Made by a program: the position numbers and the translations under genes | Notes under the pieces: model-generated | The model's database searches: none | Told to the model about the DNA's origin: nothing | What the model saw: only the letters and a program-made list of their open reading frames with translations | Assembly: GCF_009914755.1 (NCBI RefSeq) | Contig: NC_060935.1 | Length of the DNA stretch: 64,000 nt | Strand: one strand, 5' to 3' | From: the human T2T-CHM13v2.0 reference genome, Homo sapiens | Shown: positions 40,400 to 55,490 of the stretch, in pieces | Numbering within the stretch: the first letter of the stretch is position 1 | Layout of the letters: every line of letters starts with the position of its first letter

Positions 40400-42060
40400 G
40401 TGAGTAAATACCCCCAGTTTTCATTATGTGCACTGCTTTATAAAGAAAGATGGAAGATGGCGGGGAGAAGAGTAAGAGAGAAGGAAGATGGGATAAGGAG
40501 TCCAGTGTAATGAAGCCTCTCTGGAGCTGAGTAAAGGATCTCTGAGCAGACTGCGTTTTTTGCTTGTTGGCTGTTGCTAACTCAGCCTTAGTTTGGAGTT
40601 CACAGGTTTGCTGTAAATGTGTTAACCATATTGGTAACTAGTCTTTGTGTCACCTCTTCCTATTTAAAAAGGAGTCCAGCCAAATATCTCAGTTGAAGGA
40701 ATGAAAATAACAACTTTTTGGTGGAGAGGTTCTGTTTTTAAGCATGTTCCTTTTTTCTACCTTTTGCAATGCTGAGCAAAACAAATAGCTTGATCACAGT
40801 AAGCTTCACATGCACACTTCCCCTGGCCATGGCAACACCTGTGCACACATGTACACACATTAGATGGAATGGTTTGATCCTTCCCTGAGAAATCCTAAAT
40901 TATCACTACAAATCAAGGGGTATTTCTTCTGACAACCAAAATTTTTTGGATTTCTTTTCTGTCTTTCAGAATAGCAAGTAGCAATTCAAGAGGAAAGCCA
41001 AGATAGACAAAGTCAGTCATTAGGAAGGCACAGAAAATGTCACTGTTGCCCTGAGAGGCTAAGGATTTCATGTCAGAGTGGTTTCCTGGGGGGCAGGCGA
41101 CCTTTAACTGAAAGAGGAGAGGGTTGACAGTGTGGGAAGGTTCTTCCTAAAAACTATTTGGGGGGTGGGTTAAAGCTAATATTTTGATGTCGTCACATTC
41201 AAAGGCAGAACATAAACAAAGTGCCAAAAGATTGTAAAGAATCATCAATACTTGTAGTCAGGTGGCTTCCGTTTAGAAAAACTACATCATTCAGAGTGAA
41301 AAATGAATTAATTAGACTGCCCTTAGGACATAGAATCTGCTTGAGTATGTTAGTAGGAAAGTTAATTAATCACTGCAGAATAAGATCCACAGTAGAGCAA
41401 ATGTGTCAATGCTTGGGGTTGCCACACTTTTCAGCATGATTCCCTTCCTTTTTCTTCATGGGACTGTTCTCTTGGTGAAGTTTTCCCCTTGAAACACTTT
41501 ATGATCTATCTGAGACCTCTTTTTTTGATTAAAATATGTATTTCTGCAGTTAAAACATGAAAGATAGAAGAAAGAGGTGAGTGAAGCATGACTTTAATTC
41601 ATTTGCATTTATTTTCAGGAAAAAAAAAGCTTCTTAGGCATTCTGAAGGGTCCTTTTCTATTTGGAGAAACTGTAAAATACTCAGCCTTAATTATTTATA
41701 GATAGCCTCTGAATTGTCAATGGATGATTTAAAGGGACTATCCCATCGACTTTACCAAAGTAATGAGTACAGAGTAGCTTAAAGCTACTGTTACTATTAG
41801 CAGTGCCAACCACCAACTGATTTTAATTAGATTTAACTTTTGCTCTTGATGTAACACAACTTGGCTGTGCTGCCTCCGATTAACAAAGGACCATTAATCA
41901 TTTTATGTAACAAAAGAACACTGTGGGCCTGCACTGAAAGCATTTAATAGAGAGGTTAAGTTTGTGTGCACTGAAATAATATTCAACTAAAGCATAATTG
42001 AATCCTGGCCAGTGGTGGAGGAAAGTGATATCCCAGGGAGGACCCTGAAGCTCCCTAGAG

Positions 42061-42313
42061 CAGGGTTGCTCAGCCACACCGCTATTGACATATGGGGCCA
42101 GATCATTCTTTGCTGAGGAAGGCTGTCCTGTGCACTGTAGGATGTGTGGCAGCATCCCTGGCCTCTACCCACTAAATGCCAGTAGCACATACCACCACCA
42201 TCACTTCCCTCCCACCAATGTGACAAGCAAAAATGTCTCCAGACATATGTAATGTCAATACACATATCCCCACAGAGGGGAAGGGCACAGTTGTCCCCAG
42301 TTGAGAACCACTG
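42061..42313. mobile_element. MER20
   Basis: Same consensus as the copy at 25436; 8-bp TSD ccctagag/ccccagag. Confidence 0.9.
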
Positions 42314-43643
42314 CCCCAGAGGAATAGGCAGCTCTCACCTTTTCTGCACTGTCTGGCTGATTTGGTTTCATTGTATTCCACTGTGGCTTGCCCCCACTCC
42401 CAGTGCTGAGGCCCTCAGACTGAGCAGCCCCTTGCATTATAAGCAAGAATGCAGTCTGGCACTCAGAATCCCACCCCTTCCCACTCAGTCTCTTCAGTAG
42501 GACCCCGATATTTGCCCTCTGCTTTTTAAAGATTCATTGTAAGTGTGAGATATGGCTCCAAGTTTTCAATGAAGTAGCAGTTGGCATGCAGTATACTTTC
42601 CTTACTTGTTTATTTTCAGTCTTTCCCTCCAGAATGTGATCTCTGCTGAGACAGCAGATATTTTTGCTGGTTTTGTCCACTGATGTAGCCCTGCTGCCTA
42701 GAACAATGCCTGGCCCAGGGTATATGATAAATACTTGAATGCCCAAATAAATGAAATAGTGATCATCAAACCTGACTCCTGACTTACCGCCAGTGGTCTT
42801 CTCAGTCTTTCTCGGTGTCTGAAATGACATTTTTCCCTTCTTACGGATTACATCAAGGTCATCATCTTCTTCCTTCCTCCTCCTATCTTGTTCCCCAAGC
42901 TGCTTTTGCCCCCATGTAGCTTAATGATGTGGAAAAGTCATATTGCTGGGACCACTGTCCATGCTTCAGCATCTTAGAAAGCTGTTCCACTTCATCTGTT
43001 TTCTTTTCTTCCATGTTCCCCAGCTTCACTCTGATACATTTGGTCTAATTGCAGTGCTTATCTTTGAACTGCTTTTTAAATGACCCCTCGTTAGGGCTAT
43101 TTAACACTAATGGGCCCTCCTCTGTCGTGAAAACTTTTCTCCGCCAAACTCCAGTTCTTATGAGAAGAGCGCAGCTGTATGATAAAGGCTTCATTAAAAG
43201 ATTCCTTAATAGAACTAACTGCCTTTCCTTGACTGCATAATCAACGGCTAATGAAATTGTCTTGGTAACAAGAGCTAGAGTGTATTACATCCTCTCTTGA
43301 GACTAAGTGGAAAGACGATTGTGTCAGCCTGAGAAGACGATTGATTGTTCACAGTTTGAATTTGATTGTTCTTAAGGGGAACTAAACAAGAGATCATCTC
43401 CAGCTTCTCTAAGTGGATTTTATTATCTTGGAAAGTTACTGTTTTGCTTTCCACAGAAGCCAAGCATATAAATATCATGCTTTGTTGCCCAAGAATCAAA
43501 GGGAGTCTCAGTATCTTTGTAGTATCCTAAATGATACAGTTTAAGGAGTACCTGGATGACTCCACATGCACCTCTCAAGGTAGATGTAGATTAAGACATT
43601 TCATTGCACATCTTCAAAAGCTCTTTTGTTTTTTTAACTGCAG

Positions 43644-43840
43644 GAGGAAACCCTCGAGGAAGGTTTGCTCTGGGCCTGGTGCAAAGTGAGTGGAAGGTCT
43701 ATGTGAAGAGGCCTCTAGACAGAGAAGAACAGGACATTTACTTTCTCAATATCACTGCCACTGATGGGCTTTTTGTCACACAGGCCATGGTGGAAGTGAG
43801 CGTCAGTGATGTGAATGACAATAGCCCAGTGTGTGATCAG
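43644..43840 (+). CDS. FAT3: FAT3 coding exon, 197 nt, phase 1-0 (probably exon 11)
   Basis: ctgcag|GAGGAA acceptor and CAG|gtgaga donor. Encodes [11 protein letters not shown]...PLDREEQD...[12 protein letters not shown]. Confidence 0.95.
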
Positions 43841-44851
43841 GTGAGATTTGGGGATAGGGTTCTGCTTTTACTCTGCTTCTCCAAAATAAAATAAAAACCC
43901 ATTTCACTTTTCTTCTTAAGGCCAGGCAAACTTCTGCTCTTATCTGCAATTGGGTGTGGGTATAAGAGGGTAGGAGGTGAAGTTTAGGAAGAAATATTGA
44001 AAACATGAAAAGAGTATAGGTAGCAAGATCAGATACCTAATTTTGTACCCTGCCCCCAACAAAAAAAAAAAAAGAAAGAAACCAATGTCTTAAATAATTT
44101 TTTGAGTAATTCATAAAGGACTTTAGGACTTATTCTGTTTAAATCACTGATATCATAAAAGAGAAATGGACCACTCTACAGGATGTTAACTTGTTTATAT
44201 AAGTTTACACATTTGGTTAGTGGCAATGTTGGTGCTGAACACTGGTCTCCAGGCTCCTTATGAAGTGGCCTTTCTACTACTATATAAAATATAATGCCAT
44301 TGCAAGGTACAAGTACTAGATTTTATTTTCTCTCATACTGAAATTAAATCACTATTTATTCTTTTCTATCATGTGGACCAAGAGACAATATTGGTGTCCT
44401 ATAGATTAGAAAAGTATTGCAAATAGATTTAATCTCTCATACTAATGCCAAATGCTGGTAGTGGCTCTTTAAAGAGTTGAAGAGAATTCCTAGGACTTAC
44501 TGGGGCTCAAGAGAAAAACAGACAGCCATGGTCAATGTGTGGTGTGTGTTATGGTTCCACAAGAGTGGGGATGTTCCTCTGTTTTCTTTGCCGTGGTACT
44601 CTTAGTGCTTAGAATGGTACATATAGTGGATGCTCAATAAATATTTGTTAAATGAATAAGCATGGGAGTGGAAGAGCAGCAGATATACTGTGTTTCATAA
44701 TATATTGGAATATGTTTCTGTAGTGAAGGAAAAAAATAACAAAAGCTAAATTATATAAATGAATTTTTAAAGAAATCCTATATAATGCTAAATATGGCAA
44801 TTGCCCCCACAAATACTAATGATTTTATTACCTTTCTTCACCTTTGTCCAG

Positions 44852-45005
44852 GTTGCATATACAGCATTACTTCCTGAAGACATTCCATCAAATAAAATCA
44901 TCCTGAAAGTCAGTGCAAAGGATGCTGATATTGGATCCAATGGATATATACGATACTCACTCTATGGATCTGGAAACAGTGAATTTTTTCTAGATCCAGA
45001 AAGTG
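44852..45005 (+). CDS. FAT3: FAT3 coding exon, 154 nt, phase 0-1 (probably exon 12)
   Basis: gtccag|GTTGCA acceptor and GTG|gtaagc donor. Encodes [12 protein letters not shown]...[15 protein letters not shown]...LDPES. Confidence 0.95.
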
Positions 45006-45099
45006 GTAAGCTAAAATTTATTATTGAGATAAATGTCATTGTTAATTCATGAGAGAAGTTAAACTTATGTGGTCTCATCACTAGTAAATAGTTAGTAGT

Positions 45100-45840
45100 A
45101 TACTTACTCTTATAGGGATGGAGGGAAATTTTCCCTTCCATCCTTTCTGAATGTTTGCTGAAATGAACTGACCACAGACAGATTAACAGGAGAAAAGGCA
45201 TATGGATTTACTTATGTGAACGTGGGTAACACAGCCCCAAAAATAAGAGACCCAAAGAAAAGCCAGATGGTTAAGGCTGTTGCTAGGGGAGAGGGAAGTT
45301 GGGGGACTGTAGGCAATTTTAGAGGAGTAGTCAATGATTTTTAGGGGAAATGAATAATCTGGAGGGCATCCATTATTTTGTAAATAATTCTCCTAGGAAA
45401 CTCAATGGAACTGGAAAATGTGGGGAGGTGACGGATTGAACTGACTGTGAACAAAGGTTATCTAGTTATGCAGATAAAGTCTCCCAGTTAATCTCTAGGA
45501 GCTTCCCTCAGAAGAAGAGATGAAAAATCTGTCTGGACATGGTGATGACTTTTAGTCTCTTTTCTCTTCTCTGGTGGTGAATCTTTCCCAGTTATTTGAT
45601 GAGATTTCTATGGAGGGGGATCTTAAGACAAATGCATTTCTTTTGGAAAGAAGTTTTCTTAGTCAGATGAGGAAATTTCAAAGAGAGTCTTCACCTGCAC
45701 TTGAGAGAGATGAGGGAAATAAGAGAAAGTTTGAAAGTTCTTGGTTCTAAGGCAGCTTTAAGGCCTTCCAAATTTTTTTTAATTCAAGGTGCTCAGCATG
45801 TCAAAGCACCATACTTTGGGGTATCATTCTCTGTACCCCA
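45100..45840 (-). mobile_element. ERV1 MER4-group solo LTR (MER31/MER67-like)
   Basis: acagacagattaacaggagaaaaggcata and terminal aaagcaccatactttggggtatcattctctg. Subfamily uncertain. Confidence 0.65.
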
Positions 45841-47133
45841 AGAATATGATGCTCAGTATCTTGGGCTCTAAGAAACTGTAGGGACATATCCAAATATGGG
45901 TACTCTGGACCACAGAAACTTTTTATTTTCTTTGTAAAACTTGCCCAGACTTTACCTACATTTATTAGCATCAAGTAAGCGGACATCTCTGTTTGCTTCT
46001 CTTGTTTCTCGTATCTGTAAGTTTTAAGGTATATGCTCGTAACAGGTATAAATGAAGTTGTATCACAAATGCAGGTTGCCACGAAAACCAGACAGCAATT
46101 TATAGGAAGGAGAATTTTTCTCACTTTGAAATGGCTTTAGGGTCCTTTTCTGATTCTTATTAACACAGTTGTCTAGTTTTTATTAAACTTTCTTGCCTAG
46201 TTTCTCCAAACCTATAAGCCCTCAGATTTGCTTGGTTGTATATTCAGGTAAAACTGACAAGGTGCAAGGTTATGTAAGCTAAAGGCAGATGCCTGCATTG
46301 AAGGCCAGAGCTAATGGAAAAACCTTTTATATGGTAGCAAATTATTTTAGTTTTGTAGATTAGATGACCCATCCAATGACATTTTAAATTTAAGCGTAAA
46401 GATTGGCTGGCTTGCATATTTCCAGTGTTGTGTTGGTTCTAGTGAACAATAACTGACTATTGAGTCTCCAGAAAGGTAGTGGCTCCTCCCTGCCCCAGTC
46501 TTGTAAGAGGTTGCATCCTACAAGGAAGCACTGACTTAGCTACATGGGAATATACTACTCAGCTATATGGGCCTGGTGATTATTTATTCAAAAGGTAACA
46601 TTTATTGAGTAGCCAGTAGACATAAAAGTATTTTATGGGATATTTGTGGTAGACTCCAAGATAAACAAAATAAATCATGCCCAGGGGATATTGTAATCCA
46701 GTAGGGAAGACAGGCAAGTTAACCAATAATAACAATCAAGGCACAATGAAATGAGTGTTCAGGAGAAACATAAGGGGGGCTATATCTGGGCACAGATGAA
46801 GATGTAACTAATATTCTGATAAGAGGAAAAAGGAAACTGCTTAAAGGAAGAACTAGCATTTGAACTCAGCCAGGATTCTCAGTGGCTTAAACAGGACACT
46901 GCAAGTTATAGGAACAGCATGAGCAGAGAGCATAGCGCATCCAGGTAATGTCATATACAAAAGTGGAGGGAAAACTACTTTAGGCCAGATTGTGGAGTGT
47001 CTTGAATGTCCCAATGAAAATCCCTGGATGCTTTTTGAGTAGGAGAGGGAAATGATCCAACCTGTATCTGAGAACTGGCTGGCCATAGCCAGGAAGCTAA
47101 AAGATGAACTGCCTTAATAAATATAGGTAGCTT

Positions 47134-47490
<357 letters not shown>

Positions 47491-48332
47491 TTAAGATTGA
47501 TAATATTTCATGAGTCATACTTTCCACCAAATAACATTTATTCAGGTTTGTCACTGTGCTTGTTGTCATTATCTTATGAAACTTAAACAACAAAAATATC
47601 TCCACAAAAGCTGGTTTCCAGCACCAATGCAGCTATTCCAGTGGTTAAAATATAGACATAACATTACTCCACGCGGGATGCTAAGGAACTGCTTTTCCAT
47701 GCTCCTCAAGTTTTCTCCGACTTGACTCCTCCCCAAGCAATGTCAGGCCCTTCCACAATCCAGCAAGTTAAGGGTTAACCCTTACACAATAGGGGTCCTT
47801 CAAGACCCTGCCCCGCTAAAGCCAGCTTCTGTTTTCATTACCTGTTTTCCTGTAAATGATAGAGCAAAAAGTTGAGTATCTGGAGGCAAAGAGACTGCCT
47901 TTCTGGGTCTATGGGTTGTTGACAATATTGACCATCAGAGAACCAGATATACCAGTCCATTCTCTGTGTGTTTTCTGGACATATAGCAGAAATCCAGAGA
48001 CTGATCTCCAGAGTAGATCTTGAGAGGTTTAAAGAGGTTTGAAGCTTCTCCGTGTAGCCAAAAGAAAGAGCCCCTTATACCAGCGGTTTCAAAAAGGGAT
48101 TAATTAATTTGAAGGTCACACAGCTGTTTTGTTTTTGCATCTAGAATCCCATACATTTTTCCCTGACACATAAACTGTTGAATTTGCTACATTTTTAAAG
48201 TATGGGACACTTGGGCCAAATGATGTTAGTCCTTCCTATGTTGAGAATTGTTTGTATAATTGGTCCTCTGCTCTCCAAAGAAAGACAGTTTTTAAAAACT
48301 CAGACCAATCATGCTGCCATTTATTTTCACAG

Positions 48333-48566
48333 GCGAGTTAAAAACCTTGGCTCTGTTGGACCGGGAGAGGATCCCCGTGTACAGCCTGATGGCCAAGGCC
48401 ACTGACGGGGGTGGCAGGTTCTGCCAGTCCAACATCCACCTAATCCTGGAGGATGTGAATGATAACCCCCCTGTGTTTTCTTCTGACCACTACAACACCT
48501 GTGTCTATGAGAACACAGCCACCAAGGCTCTGTTGACCAGAGTTCAAGCCGTGGACCCCGACATTG
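48333..48566 (+). CDS. FAT3: FAT3 coding exon, 234 nt, phase 1-1 (probably exon 13); the next intron runs past the window end
   Basis: tcacag|GCGAG acceptor and TTG|gtaagt donor. Encodes [17 protein letters not shown]...[10 protein letters not shown]...AVDPDI. Confidence 0.95.
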
Positions 48567-50832
48567 GTAAGTCAGTTGCAGGCATCTCCCTGTCACACAG
48601 TGGACACTTTGTCTTCAGGTGCTGCCATTCCTTTAGTTTTATAAGAACCTTAATCAACCCCCTTGGTTCTTTACCACGAGAACATGTACATTAAACCCCA
48701 TTTCAGCTATTCAGCTAATACACTTCATATGCATGAGAAAAGTCTGCAAGTTGGCCCTCCTCTTTCTCGAGTTTGAAGAAGAGATACTAAGAAGTCTTTT
48801 ACCTTTTAGCAAAGGAGTTTGGGTTGGTTTGTTTGGGTTTTGTTTTGTTGTTTTTAGATTTTGACCTTTTGAATAAAAATGATAGATTTCCTCATTGTCT
48901 TTTCCTCCTAAACATAGTCAAAAGGCTATGTTGTGAAGCAAGGAGAATTTGATTTGTTTCCATGTCTATGAAGAACTCGGTCACATGCTTTAGCTGAAAT
49001 ATGACAATCTCGATTTAATATAGTGCCCCGTAGTGCAAAGACTAATTACTAAATGTGCTGCCAGTCCAACGTGGATTTTTTAAACTGCCATTTTACAAAG
49101 CATTTTTGTCACATATAAACTGACATTGTTTGACAGAGTGGGGGTGGGGGAGATAAGGAATTAGAATTGAAAGTTGCTAATAAAGTTTATGCTCAGATCC
49201 ACTTTACATAATGAGATGGTGAGTTAGAAAAGACTGGAGTTAATTGCTAGGTAGACCTTCTGAGAATGCATAAGTTATTGAGGTGACTGCATGATGGAAT
49301 ATAAATACAAAAGGGCATATAGACAGCTTCTCGGTTGTGCATTTTAAGAGCTGTAAATCAGAGTACTAGGAAATGATGAGGTGTGTCTGCTATGCTAAAC
49401 AGACCTTTATATAATTCAGTGTCATATTGCTTAATTCTGAATTGAAAGAAAAATTATTGGACTAATGGAAAAGTAAATACATGATAATTAGTTGAAAACA
49501 AACGTAGAGCCTGGGGCCTCTGCATATTTTCCCTTAGAGAAATTAGTGGCTACAATTTGAATTATTGCTGTTACCTCATTAGCATAATTTTCAAGGCTGA
49601 GAACCAACCCTTTAAAAGTCTACATATTAAAGAGCTTTGTGAAAAATGGTAAACAAGAAAGACCTCTTATTGATATATATTTATGTAATACCTACAAATA
49701 GTCTCTTTTTTAAAGGAGGATTAGAAAACATTCTCTGGACTCTTATTAGCAGATGACTTTGGGGAAAGAGAACAGAATTAATGGAAATGAATCACTTAAT
49801 CATTTTAAATTTGATTTTGAGAATGTATAATTAGGCCATAGATGATATTTTAAAAGCTGAAAGATTGGAATTTTTCTCCACACTCCATGAAGGAATTGAG
49901 TGTACCCAGGCTACTAGACTGGACATGGACGTCTGATTAGTGCACATGGTGTTTTTTGAAACATGAGGGGGTGGAGTGGGGTGTTACTGACTCACAGACG
50001 GTGTGCTTGGAGCTGTTTTGCAAGTTGTGAAGAACATACTATGTCCTCCTTTCACTTATTTTGAGTCAGATGGCCAGGTTGGGAGTTGGGGAGGAAGGAA
50101 TGTCTAGATTCTAGGCATTTAACAGGGCAGAGATGATAAAGACTTTAAGGAACCAAAACTGGAATGAGGATCTTACCAGTACCTTGATCTACTCATTTTT
50201 TGCTAATGAGTAAGAGCTTATATTCAAAGCTTCAAATAGAGACAGAGATTATAGGGGTGCTGCTGGCATCTATGTATAAAGTATACTCACCAGGCCATTG
50301 CATCAGCCACAGGAAAACTGTGGCATAAGATACCAGATTTTAGTTCATTTTCTCAGTTTTTGTAGATTTCTTTTAGCTTTAAAATGTAAAAGAACTAAGA
50401 CAGCTGAGGAAGAACCAATGAATATTTCTAACAACACAGACTGAGCACCTACTGTGCCTTAGCCAGCATACTGACGAAGTGGTTGTGAAGGTCTTGGTCA
50501 GAGTAGACAGGAGATTCCAGTTGCAGCAGCGTCAGTCTGAGCTGCAATCAAATGAATGCTGACATTCTTCAGAATCCCTGGGTATCAATGATTGGTACAC
50601 TAATTTTCATTAGTGGCCTGATCAGAACACTTACTGCCTCAAAAGTGACAATTTCTCCGTTTCCTAAGAGATTACAAACCAGTGTGAGCTGTGCACTAAG
50701 ATTACCAGGTTGTTGAAGGTAGAATTTATCTTGGAGCCAAACTGAACCTCTGTCTGGAAGCTGAGTTTGCACATCAATAGCCATTGCACACAAATCTGGC
50801 TTTCTAGTTTGGCCTCTATAGTGTTCAAAAGA

Positions 50833-51140
<308 letters not shown>

Positions 51141-51314
51141 TCAGAATTTTATTAGAAATTTAGATTTCCAGCATTTTATAAAAACAACAGCACTCAGAAG
51201 GCCCTGCAATTCCAGGTACACAGGTCCCACATGGCAGGAGCTAAAGAGCAACTGCATCCTTGACACTGGCCACAGCACTAACCTTGCCTCCTGCTAGCCA
51301 CTTTACTTGCTTAT

Positions 51315-51696
51315 TGATATGGTTTGGCTGTGACCCCACCCAAATCATATCTTGAATTGTAGTTTCCATAATCCCCATGTGTCGTGGGAGACACCTGGTG
51401 GGAGGTAATTTAATCATGGGGGCGGTTATCCTCATGCTGTTCTCATGATAGTGAGTGAGTTCTCATGAGACCTGATGGTTTTATGAGGGGCTTTTCCCCC
51501 TTTTGTTTGGCACTTCCCCTTTCTGCCATCATGTGAAAAAGGATGTGTTTGCTTCCCTTTGACCTTCTGCTGTGATTGTAAGTTTCCTGAGGCCTCTCTA
51601 GCCATGCAGAACTGTGAGTCAATTAAACCTTTTCCCTTTATAAATTACCCAGTCTCCGGTATATCTTTATTAGCAGCATGAGAACGGACTAATATA
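51315..51696 (+). mobile_element. THE1 (MaLR) solo LTR
   Basis: tgatatggtttggctgtg...agaactgtgagtcaattaaacct...gactaatata; TSD cttat/cttgt. Confidence 0.92.
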
Positions 51697-51754
51697 CTTG
51701 TGTTACCTCCTGACCTCGTTTGCAGATCCTTCTCTAGAATGACAAGGAAAGGTC

Positions 51755-52230
51755 TTATTTTTAAGCTTTTTATTTTGAAATAATTACAGGTTCACAGGAA
51801 GTTGCAAAATAATATATAGGGAATTCAAGTGCCCCTTCACCCAGCCCTTCTCCCACTGGTAACATCTTGCTTAACTATAGTAAACCATCAGAGCTAGGAA
51901 ATTGATCTTGGTACAATCCACAGAGTTTATTCAAATTTCAGGGTGTTTGCCTGTATATATTTCTATGCAATGTTATCACCTGTGCAGCTTCATTTAAGCA
52001 CCACATTCATACATCACACGCCTCCCACTTGCTGCCCCTTTGGAGCCACACCCACCCACTCCCTGCACCTGCTTCCCAATCCCTAACCCCTGACAACCAC
52101 TGACTTCCATATCTATAATTCTCTTATTTCAAAAATGCTATTTAAGTTAAATTATATAGTTTGTAACCTTTTGAGATTGGTCTTATTTTTTCACTCAGCA
52201 TAATTCTCTTAAGATTCATCCAAGTTGTCT
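51755..52230 (-). mobile_element. L1MC/L1MB 3' end, antisense
   Basis: ttttgaaataattacaggttcacaggaagttgcaaa...cactcagcataattctcttaagattcatccaagttgt. Confidence 0.8.
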
Positions 52231-52354
52231 AATTGGTTTTTGATCCTGCTGAAGATCATTGGCTACATTTGTGTAAATGACAGGCATATTTGATTCATGA
52301 AACTTCTTTGGTTAAGCACATTGCTTTACCAGAAGTTGTAAATTATTCCACCAG

Positions 52355-52699
52355 TGCTATGATCTGAAATTTGTGTCCCTCTAAAATTCATACGTTGGAA
52401 CCTAATTCCTCATGTGTCCATATTAAGAGATGCATCCTTTGGGAGGTGATTAGGTCCTGAGGGCTCTTCAGTGCCCTTATAAAAGAGGCTTCAGGGAGCC
52501 TGTTCTTCTCTTCTGTCATGCAAGAACATCTAGTGTCTGGTGGAGGCCCATTTCAAATAGAACGTGCCCCCACCAACACCAAATCTGCTGGTGCCTTGAT
52601 CTTGGACTTCCCAGCCTCCAGAACTATGAGCAATAAATTTCTGTTGTTTATAAATTACGAAGTCTCGGGTATTTTTTATAGCCCAAACAGATTAAGACA
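52355..52699 (+). mobile_element. MLT1A-like MaLR solo LTR
   Basis: tgctatgatctgaa...gccttgatcttggacttcccagcctccagaactatgagcaataaatt...taagaca. Confidence 0.85.
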
Positions 52700-53147
52700 G
52701 CCAGCGATTGACTACAAAATATACCGTTCATTATGAATTGCAGAGAAAAGACAAGGATATAATCTGAAATCTGACTCTGTGACTTGCTAAACCTTCATAT
52801 CCTGATTTAAGAAATTTAAAATATATTATTGCTTTTAGCCAAACAACTCTTTTTCTATGAATCACTTATAATGAACTAACATTATTGTTAATCATTGCCT
52901 GGGTCAGGAATAAAATAAAAACAGAAGAGGACAAGATAATTTTACACCTATTTTATGAGTTCTAAGAAATACCGTGGCAACTCTCTAGATTTTAGCATGA
53001 AGTTCTTAGTTTTCCTGTCAATTGGAAATATCTTTGCCCCCATAAACTGGTGACATGACTTCATGACCCAACATTTATAAAAAAAGGGAAGTTAAAGGGT
53101 GAATAGTAGTAAAATGAATAGTTGTTAAAGGGAACACACATACCGTT

Positions 53148-53372
53148 AATAACACATGGACACAGGGAGGGGAACATTACACACTGGGGCCTGTTGGAGT
53201 GTAGGGGACAAGGGGAGGAAGAACATCAGGACAAATACCTAATGCATGTGGGAATTGAAAGCTAGATGATGGGTTGATAGGTGCAGCAAACCACCATGGC
53301 ACATATATACCTGTGTAACAAACCTACACGTTCTGCACATGTATCCCAGAACTTAAAGTAAAATTTTAAAAG
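53148..53372 (+). mobile_element. L1PA 3' end (5'-truncated)
   Basis: aacacatggacacagggagggg...ggtgcagcaaaccaccatggcac...cccagaacttaaagta. Confidence 0.92.
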
Positions 53373-53780
53373 AGCAAATTTCCCAGAATGAATAGGATTT
53401 CCACAGTCAGGGGTAGGAACACATTCAGGAAGATAGGAGCCAGGAAGTTGGGAAAGTGTGGACCCAACTAAATAGTTGAGAGAACATCATGTAGTCCAAG
53501 AGGGAGGAGAGATTAATGAGATAGGAAAAGTAGACCGGGCCTGATTGTGGTTGTTTGTGAAGGCCACTTAATTAAACAGATGGAAATGAACCATTGAGCA
53601 CATTTGAGAAAAGAAATAATGAATTTGGAGTTTGGGGGATGCTAATCTGATAGGAGCTTCTGAAATGAATTGGAACAAGGAAAACCAGGGACTAGGAAAG
53701 CTCCTAGGAGTGTATTAAGAAAAACAATAAGGGCCAAAATGAGAGTGGTGGCTTTGAGATTTAAAAATAAGGAGCTGGTG

Positions 53781-54116
<336 letters not shown>

Positions 54117-55181
54117 TCAGATGTGAAATCTGTAGATTTTGGCAACTGACTAGACTAAAAGCAAGGTAGGCTATTTAGTCAAAATTTCAAACATGGGCAC
54201 CAGGTGAAGGTGCTGCATGAGCAGAAGTAGCATAGACGGTCAACAGTACCACCTGGCATGGAGAGGAAGATGAAACATGGGGACACATTGGGAATTCAAG
54301 TGTGAACCTCCAGAAGGAAGTCAGGAATAAAGACATGTTTGCTCATCGTGACAGTCTTGCCTTCAAGGGGTTTACAGTCATAGGGAGAAACAGATTTGCA
54401 CAACAAGATTCCAAGAAAACGATGAAGAATGTGGTAATAAAGTCACATCTGTAAAACTAATGATTTTGTAAGGATTGGTCAGATAGCACATGTAAAATGC
54501 TACATAGGTCCATGTGGGAACATTACAATGTAAGCAATGAATTTTCAACTGGGACAACTCAGGAAGGATTCACCAAATGGTATTAGCACTTACCAAAATG
54601 CTAAGAGTTGGGACTTGAACTTGGATGGAGATAGACAGAGGAGTGAGACAGAGAGACAGATAGATGGAAAGATGAGTGTTAGCCAGGACAGGCTTGGCAA
54701 GACTGAGATCATTTGTAGGAAGTCTGAGTGGCTTAGCAAAGCAAAAGCTTATTTCTTGCCCAGGTGAAGGACAGGTCAGTGCGAGTCTATCTAGTGACTC
54801 AGAAATCTGGTCCCTCCATCCTGTCATCTCCACCTTCTGACCTTTGGCTTCCAAGGTCACAGCAGAGGGGAAGAGAGAGATGAAGGCAGCATGCCAGCTG
54901 TCAGCTGCCTCAGCCTGGGAGAGACCACATCACTCCACCACTATCCACTGCCCAGAAGGAGTCCCTCAGGCTGGCCCACCTGCACAGGAGCAGGGACACA
55001 TAGGGGAGGACTGGGGAGACTTGGTGAGCACTCATTACCTCTGCTGCAATGATGAAAGCAGGAAAGAACAACTGCCACAGTGGGTCCCAAAGAGGTCAGA
55101 GAAGGTGACATCACTCATGAGCAGGGAAAGTTAGCCTCAAGGGTGTGGAGGGACCACTTGGCTTTAGAAGTAAAAGGAAAG

Positions 55182-55490
<309 letters not shown>

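Noticed and set aside
43641-43646. CAG-GAG tandem acceptor
   Set aside because: A distal GAG is rarely used, and the effect would be loss of one Gly.
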